Shown piece by piece: positions 10,130-20,645 of a stretch of 64,000 bases of DNA (position 1 is its first letter; each line of letters starts with the position of its first letter). Under the pieces are notes generated by a model. The model searched no databases. It worked only from the letters and a program-made list of their open reading frames with translations, and was not told the origin of the DNA. Made by a program: the position numbers and the translations under genes. This DNA comes from Camelus dromedarius (Eukaryota), in the NCBI RefSeq assembly GCF_036321535.1, contig NC_087443.1, positions 15,562,001 through 15,626,000 on the forward strand, in the 5' to 3' direction.

Positions 10130-10500
10130 GCTTACCATGGTCACTGCCTCCTGTTCGTGGGCACAGATGCGGCTGGACTCCATTTCCCGGCCTCCCTGGC
10201 AGTCGGGCGCGCTCAGCTGTTGAGGTCTAACGGTGGCATGTGAACTTCAGCACAGCCCATAAAAATCTCCCACACGTTCCCCTTCACGTCCTCCTTCACG
10301 TCCTTGAGACCTGAGAAGCCATATGTCGAAGATGATCGATTCAGCGGATAAAAAGAACCTGGATCCCCGAACTCTGGCTAGGAGAAGAGCTACCCACCAA
10401 GGAAGATAAACCCATCTTGGACGTTACGCAAGGGAAGAAAAGCCCGGGATTGTATTAAGCCACTGAGATATTGGGGGTTACACGTTCAGGCAGCTCACAC
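10130..10500 (+). mobile_element. MaLR MLT1-type LTR relic (also ~21955-22325, ~33785-34155, ~45619-45989)
   Basis: ctccatttcccggcctccctggcagt...cccataaa.atctcccacacg...ttaagccactgagatattgggggttacacg resembles the MLT1 consensus and its 3' end. Confidence 0.6.
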
Positions 10501-10984
10501 GCCACTGAATCGCTGAAGCCACTGTGTCATTGCCACGGCTGCTCATTTGGCCCTTTCTCAGCCTTATCGTATTACCACTTACCTTTTTCCTTTCAGGTCA
10601 CTTTTCCTTCCTATAGGTCCCACTCCCTCAACTGGGATGGCAACAGGGCAGTCAGAGGTTTGCCCTTGTAAGGTGAGTGCTTTCTCTGTTCTCTGCTCCT
10701 TAAAGCGGATTCTGCCTTCACTGCTGTAGCATGTCAATGGATGCTCTTAGGGCCCTTGAAGCCATTTGTACTTTTAGGTGGAGGAATGCTTATTGCTCTG
10801 TCTTTCAGTTTGCTTAGACGACATGCTTTCTACACTACCACGAATACGGTCCTTATCTCAGTCCTTCCCCAAATTGTGATCATGTCTGAACTAGCGGGGC
10901 CCGGGTGAGTATGACAGAACTGCTCATACGCTGCTGTAGCTGCTCATTTCCATGTCCGACTGTACGCTTTTTCAGGACAGGGAG

Positions 10985-11056
10985 TATTTCCTGGGCACCA
11001 GGCACAGTATCAGGCACATAGGAGGCGTTCAACGAATGCTCGCTGAAGGAACGAAT
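10985..11056 (+). mobile_element. L2/MIR 3'-end relic (repeated per unit)
   Basis: ggcacagtatcaggcacataggaggcgttcaacgaatgctcgctgaaggaacgaat matches the L2 tail gcacagtgcctggcacatagtaggcgctcaataaatgtttgttgaatgaatgaat, but with CpG gains. Confidence 0.65.
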
Positions 11057-11184
11057 AGGGTCACTCCACGTCGTCAAACACACCAGGATGCTATGGAAAT
11101 AACCCGCAGCTTTTTCTCCTCCCTGCACTTTTTGGTATTTTATTTAAAAAGGTTGATTTATATAGACAGGTATTTGGGCAATTA

Positions 11185-11500
11185 ATGAATCTTTCTTTAT
11201 AATTTTGTCAATTTCCCATGTAGAGCACAATTTTTCAGGGATACATGAACATACCCATATTCATTGGAACAATGTCTTTGGCTGTGAGCTACCACAAGAT
11301 CTTGTATGTATTTCCCTGTGCTATACAGTATAATCTTGTTCATCGATTCTGCATCTGCCTGTCAGTGTGTGCACATTTCGAACTCCCGGTCTGTCCCGTC
11401 CCACGCCCCTCCCGCTTGGCAACCACAAGTTTGTTTTCTATTTGTATGAGTCTGTTTCTGTTTTGTATTTATGTTCTTTTCTGTTCCTTTTTTCACCTTC
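11185..11500 (-). mobile_element. LINE-1 3'UTR fragment, camelid/cetartiodactyl type (also ~23010, ~34840, ~46674)
   Basis: gtagagcacaatttttcag..atacatgaacatac...gtgagctaccacaagatcttgtat.tatttccctgtgctatacagtataatcttg...ttggcaaccacaagtttgt.ttctat...tgagtctgtttctgttttgtatttatgttc is an antisense L1 3' end of the type I recognise from camelid genomes. Confidence 0.75.
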
Positions 11501-11539
11501 AAAATCATCTTTAAAGCAACAGCCTAGGGAAGCCTGCTT

Positions 11540-12310
11540 CCAAGATGTCGAAGGCGTGGCCCGGGCTTCCCGCACAGAGCTTGGGGCAGGGGGCAGGGGC
11601 GGTATGGGCTGTGCGGGGAGGGCCAGAACAGGAGGGGAGAAATCTGCGGAGCAGGGGCAGGGGAAGGGCTGGGCCAGGAGCGGAGAGCCCGGTTGGGGCG
11701 GTCTCGGCTGTGCGGGGTGAGCTGGGGCGGGGGGCGGCGTCTGCTGCGCGGGGAGAGCCTGGGCAGTGGGCAGCCTCAGCCGGGCGGGGAGATCTGGGGC
11801 GGGGAGGACCGAGGCGGGGAGAGCCTGGGCGGGGGTCGTTCTCGGCCTCGCCGGAAAGCCGGGGCTTGTGGGGCGGGGCGATCTCGGCTGTGGCGAGACA
11901 GCCTGGGAGGGGGGCGCCCTTGGCCGCTCGGGGAGATCTGGTGCGGGGGTCGTTCTCGGCCGCGCCGGGAAAGCCGGGGCATGGGGCGGGGGGCGATCTC
12001 GGCTGTGGCTGGACAGTCTGGTCCGGAGGCGGCCTCTGCCGTGCGGGAGAGCCGTGGCGCGGGGAGAGCCGGGGCGGGGTTCGGTCTCCGCTGCGCAGAT
12101 CGTGGCGGCTGGGGCCTGCGGGCGGGCTGCTGTGGACAGCGCTGAGCCGCCTGCCGAGACTGTTGAGAGGCGCGCGACTCCCGGAGGCTTGGCCTGAGGT
12201 GGCTGCTGGGGGCTCGGTGCCTGCCTGGAGGCCGCAGGGAGAAGGCGGGCCTGGGGCTGGGGCTGGCGGCCCTCCAGCTCCGACAAGGGACCTGTGCCCG
12301 CGCACTACCA
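11540..12310. promoter_or_regulatory. CpG island with ~11 degenerate ~36-bp G-rich repeats, copy 2
   Basis: High GC and CpG density with strong G skew on +; contains an internal ~115-bp duplication (11831-11945 vs 11946-12030). Confidence 0.85.
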
Positions 12311-12638
12311 GCTAGTCTTCACCTGCGATGTCTGTGGGACTGGGTACTCCAAGCATATCTCCAAGCTTGCCTATCACCAGGGTGTGGTCATTGTGACCTG
12401 TCCTGGCTGCCAGACCCACCACACCACCCCGGACAACCTGGGTTGGTTCTCGGACCTGGATGGGAAGAGGAATATTGAAGAAATCCTGGCAGTCAGAAGG
12501 GAGAAGGTATGCCAAGTGGCTGGCAAGGGGGTCCAGGAGCTTGTTTTAGAGGCTGCGGGGTCCCCCAAATCCACCAGTGCTGTGGCAGGGGCTGAGGACC
12601 AGGATCCCACCCACCCTGGCAAGAAGGAGACCAGCTGA
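12127..12638 (+). pseudogene. DNLZ: DNLZ processed retrocopy, copy 2
   Basis: Same sequence and lesions as copy 1 (offset +11827). Confidence 0.93.
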
Positions 12639-15600
12639 CTCACCTTCTGCCTTCAAGAACTATACTCTGGCCCTGGGCTGCTCTGGACGTGCCAATTTTT
12701 TTTTTTTTTTTTTTTTTTTTTTAATCAGTAGCTATCGTTTGCAGATGTGGGGCCTGGGGGTCTCCTGCTCTCCCTGGTTCTGGAGTCAGAAGGACTCCCG
12801 AGAACCCTCTGTGGGCTGCAGCTGGGGCCTTCTGCAGCTACAGGCCATGTCCCAGTGGGAAGGGGCTGGACTTGGAGTCTGCGCCCCTCCTGGCTGTGGC
12901 TGTGTGGCCTTGGGCAGGTCACTTTGCCCCTGTGGGCCTCTGTCTTCCTGTCTCCAGATGAAAATGCTCAGAGCGCCACCTTGTCAGGAGGACAGGCAGA
13001 AAGACAAGACTCAGAACAGACATGGGGTGGCTCAGTCCTGCCCCAAATGTCAAGGTCCCCGTCTTGCTGGTTCTCAGGGATTCCAGGAAAGGATGGCCAG
13101 TTAGCCAGTGTACTTCCCGGGTGCAGGATCAGCACCCCCACACCCATCTGCAGATCTTGTCCCTCTGGCCAGACGCAAGGAGGCCCCACAGATCCTTCTG
13201 TGGCACCTGCTGTCCCCTGGACAGCACTGGTGAACAAGTGCCAACTTCAGCCCTGACTTTTGGCCACTGGCCAAGCGGTCAGGAAAGCAGGCCACTCGCT
13301 GTCACCACTGACAGGCCAGGCAGCCGTGGTGACAAGGGGCGTGTGTGCGAGGGGTGCTTTCTGATGGGCGGTGGGCCGCGTGCCCCGCATTTGTCTCCCA
13401 GCCTTGTCTGACTGTCTTCTCAGGATGTTCCTGTGTTTATGAGAGCGTGTTTATTTCCAGAAGCCTTCTGGGCAGTGTGAGCTTCAGCATTAATCACCCA
13501 GCCACCATCTCACAGGATCCCAGCAGGATGCGCGCTCCCAGTTGCCGACCCCCTCGCCCCCGGTCCTCAGCATGGTTCTCGAGGCACTGGCAGTCTGTGC
13601 TCTGACTCGGTTACCCCCGTCCTTCCCCTTGGCGAACAAGCCTGGATTATTCCAGCCCAGAGCCCCCTGTTCCATTTGTGAAGTCCAACCTGGAGGCTGA
13701 GCCAGCAGCCCCACCACTGCCTGTTCTCCTGTGCCACAGAAGCCCCAGGTGACCCACTGGCCTTGAAATGCCTGATCTGCAGGGCTGGGTAGAGGCATGG
13801 CTGCTTTGCTGACCCCAGACAGTTAGGACCTGAATTCGGGGAGGTCCTGGGGGCTGGCTGGACTCTGAGAGTGCAGGGCTGGACCTTGGAGGGCCACTGG
13901 GACCAATCCCGCCCTCCACGGATGCGGAAACAGAGGCCTGTGGTTTGGACATGTATGCTAGCCGTTTTTTATTGTCTGTTTTCTGACACTTTGACATCTG
14001 GGTCCCACTGACCCTGGAGGGGCTGCCCCTCCCAGGGCTAGTCAGTTCCTAGAGACAGTAGAAGATGCCAGTGAGCACACCCAGGGCGGGGACAGACAAG
14101 TAGGGGCAGCCCCTCCACCCAGAGATGCTGATTCCTCCCACCTGCTAGTCCTGCCTCCCTGTTGCTCGCCATGGAAACCACAGGAGAGGCTCTTGCCCAC
14201 TTTTTCCCCTCCCCTGCCTCCTGACCCGCGAGGGCCCTGCTGATGCTCCTCCAAGGGCAGTGCCCCATCTGCACGGATGCTTCTCAGCCCAGCCAGGGCC
14301 CAGTGGTCCAAGTGAGCCCACTTTGTGCGAGGCCAGGCTGCCACTGACTTCAAGACTTCAGAAAGACATCTCAGATGCGAAGGGACCCATCACAGGAATG
14401 TCCATATGTTTTTCCTTCTAAGCCATGACTCAGGAGTAAAAGCAAAATAACATTGTGTTCAGATCCAAGAGACTAAGAGAGTTTGCCGCTGTCAGGCTGT
14501 CACTGAGAGTGAGGACGGTTGGATTGAAGGAAGAAATGAACGAATCCCAGAAGGAACGAGTGGAGAGTGAGACACGAGGTGGGGAAATGGGTGAGTGCAG
14601 GTCTGTCTGACAGTCATGACTATGTAAATCAAGCATCGGGGGTTAGTAAGAACGATTATCATGAGTAATGAGAAGGCAAAAACCTCTGTGGTTCGGTGTT
14701 GTGTCCTGGCCATCACCGGCCACCCTACCAGGGCTCAGGAAGCCTGAGCTGAGGTAGAAAGGGCAGAAAAATACCTATATACTAGTCACTCACATCCATC
14801 TGTGTAAGAAGAATTGTGCACCATGAACAAGTGGGAAAGATTCCTGGAATGCAGGGTGGCTTCACCCTAGAAAAATGCATGAGTATATACTCCATTCCAT
14901 TAACAGTGTGAGGAGAAAAAACAGGATCATCCCAATGAATGCCGAGAAGGAAATGGATGAATTCACCACCATCTTCTGAATTTCATGGAAACATGAGAAA
15001 TTTAAAGGGTCATATACACACAATGTTTTTTTCTTCAATAACTCTAGCCCAACTGGATAATAACAATTTTTAGAAGTATCACAGCATTATATACTGCGTT
15101 ATAGCACAATATCACTTCAAACTGTTCCTCATGCTGTGCGTCAGGTCTTTTAGAGCCTCATCAGAGAAATGGCTCCATTTAGTAGGGATGCTCATTGCAA
15201 GAAAAACATGCTTCCTTTATGCCATCGAATTTAACATAGATTGTTCAGGAGAAACCCCCCCATTATGACAGTCATGCAGAGCGGTATTTCTCCATGTGGT
15301 GACTGATCCCTAAATTCAGTCCCATAGTGGAACTACAGGTCTGTAGGATCTAATATTCTGACTTTGGATCCCTGAGGGAGTCAGAGGTGTCCCCTGAGTC
15401 CTAGAGTGGAGAGCCACACAGCAGGAGAGTCAAGGGGGCCAAAATGAGAACGGAAGTGAGAGCAGATGGTGAGATGTGATGTGGGAGAGCCCTGGGATCA
15501 TGTGGGTCCTGGCTGAGGGGCTCTGTGGGAAGGTCTTCAGGAGTAAACGGCCTGGCAGGTGTGGCAGGTGAGGAAGGTGCCTATGTATGATGACCTCCTG

Positions 15601-16337
15601 TCAGGAAAGCTCCAGGAGTGGCCCCATTTCAAATATATTCCCGAACCTGTCCTATCTTCCCTCCCAACTGTATTCACTCAGCAATACGTGTACATCTTCT
15701 TGGCCAAGTGCTGGGCTGGAGATCTGTAATATGCTCAAAACCAGGCATAGACTCTGCTCCCAGGTGGCTGAGCGTTCGTTATACTACAATCCAGGGAAAG
15801 CCGTTGTAGGTAGAGGAGCAGGTAATTGAAATCAAAACCTGTCCCTCTCCCGCAGTTCTTATCATCACTGTTCTTTCTTCTGACACTTTAGGATACACAG
15901 GATTGTAGCAAAGCCCCCCAGGCGAAAGCAGACTCAGTGCTCTGGGGATAGAAGTCGATGCGGACCCACCTTGGCTGTGCTGAGCAGGAGAAATTCCCCG
16001 GTGAGTGACTCTCACCGAGACCTACTGCCCTGCTTCAATTGTCTCCTAGGGATTCAGGGACAACCCCACTGTCCTGTGAGCAGACCTCTTTCTACCCAAA
16101 TCTACATCACACACACACAAGGCAACATGAATTAAAATATCTCTACTACATTGCACTGATTGTCAAAGTCTTTTATTTAAATAGATATTTACAAACGCAG
16201 ACGGTTGGAGGGAGAGAGGAAGGGACAGAGGTGGACACAGATGGGTGCTGGACACAGACTAACACATGTCTGTGTATCCCAAGGGACAACTTCCACTCAG
16301 TGGCCAACTTCTTTTTGTGAATTACAGTGTATTGAGA

Positions 16338-19300
16338 TTAGACCTGAAATGAGATTGAAGGAAAAAACCAAAGCTCTATAGCTTAAAGAAATCCTCACTT
16401 TCTAAAACATGTTCTGAGGGGGGCTAAATTGGGAAGGACCACGTTGGAATGGAACAGTGTTTCTCAGAAGCAGTGACACCCCTCCCTCTGGTGGCCATAT
16501 GGGAATGGCAAGTGAGCTGCTGGCTCCATGGATGTCGGACAAACAGGCAACATTCACACAAACACAACATCAGTCTCACTCCAAAAAAAAAACAAACCCT
16601 CTAAGATCAAAATTCGGGGTTGCCTTCTATGTCCTTGTCTTGATCATGACATGACCGGCCACTTACCAAGGGCGGGGTCTCAGGGAGTGTTGATGGAGGC
16701 CCTGAGCTGGGCCCTGGGTCCACAGCAGACAAGGGAGAGGAGGCCGCTGCCTCACAGGACCTGCAGGGAGAGATTGGGAACATGCTGGGTTCACTTGTCC
16801 ACATCCCCGCCCGGTGTGCCTGGTGCAGAGAAGTGAGTGTATCCAAACAAAGACATGTAGGGCACTTTGATGTTTCTATTAACAATAAAACACAAACACA
16901 ACAGGCCGCAAGGAATATGTTATCACCTCTAAGAGTAATCCGGAATTGTAAATCACAGACACCTCAAGAACAGTGGGCGTCCCGGGCCTGAAGGCGACGG
17001 GAGGCAGCAGAGCCTGACTGATACTTACAGCGCGTCCCTCTGCTCTGGCTCTGGTGCTGTTGCAGGCAGGAGAGCTGGAGCTGGCTCTCCATCCAGAGGG
17101 GCTTCCCCAGCGGGTTCTGGAGCTGGTGCTGTAGCTCCAAGAAGGGAAACTCTCATCAATAGGACTGCTTTCCCACGTGTCTCCCAAAGCCAGGGGAGCC
17201 CTCACTGCTACTCAATCAACTCTCACTCCCTGACTCCACCCCCAGGGAGTCTTCCCAGACTCTGCTCTGTGGGGTCCAGTGCCTTCCCCTCCCCACCCAC
17301 CAGATCCCCCACCCTGCATCCTGCTCACCATCACTGTCTGCCTCTGGGAGCTCCAGTTGCTCCAGCTGTGCCAGGAGGAGGTGGGCCTGCTGCTCCAGGT
17401 CGGAGCCAGGCATGCTGAGCTCTACGTAAGCGACAATGGTCTTAAGGCATGGGAATTCTGGAGGCTGGTGGAAATCGTCTGGGTACTGGAACAGCCAGGT
17501 GCCCAGGATGGAGGACATGGCCCTGGGGGTAGTCAGGGGGACACCAGGGTCAGAGGCTTGGCCTTTCCTACCATGCTGGGCTCCCAGGGTAGCCCTGCGG
17601 GGACCTGGGCCTTTTTGCCTTTGGCTCCTGCCCATCCAGAGGCCGGCTCTGCTCCATGTCCCATCTCAGCTGGCAGTGTGGGCAGAGGCGGGCTTGGACA
17701 CAGAGGAGGGGCTGCTACCAGCCTTCTGAAGGGACAGCCCTGGCTCAGTGGTGTGACCACCTGTCCACCACTTCAGGGACAACTGTCACACTGCTATGTC
17801 CCTCTCCCTGCCCCTCCCCACTGGATGGCACATCTGTGAGGACAGGCAGGCTGTGCGTTCTGGGCACTGCCCTCTAAGGGACACGGGAGCTGCTCTATCA
17901 GTGCCTGAGCCAGGAGGGAACAGACAGGCTGTGTCGGCCATCCAGGCTGCCCACGGGCCTCCTAACTCCACAGACTTTAGCTCCTGCACCTGCTGGCTGC
18001 AGAATCCTCCAGGGACCCTGCCTGGGTCTCCTTCTGCCCCTGCCACTCAGCATCATCAGGATGGGCTCAGCTGTCCCCTGAGGCTCACTGGGTCCCCTGA
18101 GCACCAGCTGAGTCCCCACCATTGAGGCTCCACTAGATGGTGGGCAGGATGCTCTCCACCCCTTGCGTTCTGTGTCTCCCATAGGGCGTGTGGGCAGGGA
18201 TGGGATGTGTAGGGGATGGTTGTGGGTTTTCTTCAGGGTTGACTCTGTCTTCTGACCTCCCAGCTGCCCCTCACAGCACCACAGTCCCATCCACAGCTCT
18301 CTGGGTCTCGTCTCCTCTTTGCCAGGGGAAGCCCTAGGACTTTTGCTCTCAAACCAGACTCACTGGATATGTGGGATCCTGGATTCTGCCCACCTTGGAC
18401 CAACCAGAGAGCCCAGAGCTTCACACACTATTTGGGGAAGGAGTCCTTCCCGCTTCAATCCAAAAGACTCACTGTTTCAGCTGGTGCAGGGGTCCCCCGT
18501 CCTCTTCCATAACAGGGAGGATGCATCCGTATCTAGAGGAGAGCAGGAAGGCGTCACATGGACTGTCCCGAGCACACTAGCTGGATGTGCTGTCTAGTGT
18601 GACAGTGTGACACCCCAGAGAATGGAAGCCCTGGAGGGCAGGGCTGATGTCTGCTCGATGCATTAAATGATGGTTGTTCCTAGAAAAGCCCCTCGCCCTG
18701 GGGGCCCTTCCTATACATTGGAGGAATGAGTGAGTGAGCCCACCCGGCCCCACAGCGCACATCTGAGTGGGCCTGGGACCCCACTTGTCCCTCCCAGGGA
18801 TCCCTGCTCTCACTCTCCCAGGACAGGGACAGCTAATGGCGTCACAGATCCCCTTTGAAATGGGAAAACAGTTCCACCCAAGGCCAAAGTCCCAGTGACA
18901 CAGGAGGCAGACGCTAGCTCTTGGGCAGGAGGACAATGACAAATTCGCACAACCACAGCCCCGCCAGCTGCTCTTGCCCTGAGCCAGGTCCCCAGAGAGC
19001 ACCTTCCGTGAAGGTCTCCCTCTGATCCTACCCTCCTAGGGCCTGATCCTCTCTTGACCCCAGGGTGCAGGGGGGAAACTGAGGCTTAGGGAGGTAGAGG
19101 AACAATGCCTCATGGCACTGCTGGTAGGTGGCCAGGTCCCCAATGTCCCATGAAGACAGAGTGCTCACCTCCGGAACAGATGGTCCAGCACCTGCTGGGC
19201 AGTGGCAAAAGTTCGATAATTGCCCAGAAATGTGTTCACATAGGAGGGGTGGCCGCCCAGGACGGCAGGCACCAGCTTTGCCACCAGCTTCTCCAGCCTG

Positions 19301-20645
19301 TGTCGCTGGAGGCTCCAAGCCCTGTAGGCCTCATCCCTGCTCCCTGATGGTCCAGCTCCACCCTGGGGTGGAAAGAGGAGAGATGTGAATCAGAGGCAGC
19401 ACCGGGGACCCCCAGGCACTTGGGGCTGGAGATTAGACCGAATCCTCAAGCCTCAAGCTCTTGTGACTGAGGTGGAACAGGGGAGCCCTGAGCAGATCCA
19501 AGGTTCTCGGCATCACCAGTACAAGGGGCGAAGGGCGATGATGAAATGCATCAGTGCCTCAGATCCCTGTGTCAGCACCGCAGTGCCGGCCCCTCCCTGC
19601 ATGCACCACTTCATCCCCGTGACTGCGGTCACACATCCCATTCTAGGGATGAGAACACAGCGGCTGAGCCTGGGGTGGGTGGGCTCAGGATATTCAGTTT
19701 AATGTGGACACGTGGGGATGTAGAAGAAACAGGACAACGTGTAGAAAAATGCAGAAACACCCTTGACTGTACATATACTGAAGTTCTGTCCAAGTCTCTT
19801 TCTCAGATTTGGACTCATATGTGGGCACTGACTTTGCGTCTGGCTAAGGCAGGGCCTGGGATGTGACGGCAGATGGGGGAGACGGGGCATCAGATCCCTT
19901 TGCCAGCAGCTCTCTTAAGAGGCAGCCCAGGGGAGAAGCGGGGCAGCAGTGGGGCCCGGGGCTTCCTGGGTGTGGATTCTCCTCGCTCACACTCACACTG
20001 AGCGCGTCCTTGGCTCTGCTGCTGTCGTGGGGCACCTGCGCCTCCTGCAGGGAGGTGGCGCGGGGTTCTCCATGGACCAGTTCCTGTCCCGTCCCTTGTG
20101 TTGAGTCCTGTAAATACAGTGCCCAGAGGCCAGGCAGCAGCCTCAGAACCCTGTCTGGTTGTCCGACCCATAAGAAATCTCCAGTCCTGACACACATCCA
20201 CCACTGTCTGCACAGACCTCCTTCAGGGGCAGAAAAGCTGACAAAGTGGGAGCCTTGTATTCCCATTGACACAGAGAAGATGCCCCTCAGGGGTCCTCTT
20301 TCCCCCTTATCAGCCCTGTCCTTGGGTGCGGCCATGACAGGACCACCAGGTTACCAAGTGTTCAACAAGCCATTCCTGCCCAGAGGGGACACCTCCTCTC
20401 AAGTCCCCCTTCAGCGACATGGGGATGAGGGAAAGCGGGCCTGCCCAGGGAGGGCCCCCAGTGGAGGCCGGTCCCACACTGGCCTTCTCCAGGCCACCCT
20501 GCGTTACCTTAGGTGACCTGCGCAAAATAGGCCACAGGCGTCTGGGTGGAGGGTTCCACAGACGCCTACAGCCACCGAAGAACCTCGCAGTCCAGGGTTT
20601 CCTGGCGGAGAAGCCCCGGGAGACCGGGAAACAAGAGGAGAACAT
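16338..20645 (-). CDS. RALGDS-like: RalGDS-like REM-only protein, copy 2, intact; join(20508-20645, 19997-20107, 19169-19362, 18473-18532, 17329-17522, 17029-17128, 16667-16760, 16338-16343)
   Basis: Offset +11825. ATG, splice sites and stop are retained; the only coding difference I saw is a synonymous change at 19201. Confidence 0.85.

Noticed and set aside
11438-12305. Long minus-strand ORFs (282 aa and 264 aa) over the CpG island, in every unit
   Set aside because: Pro/Ala/Arg low-complexity translations of a C-rich strand with few stop codons, with no domain similarity. Conservation between copies only reflects unit identity.
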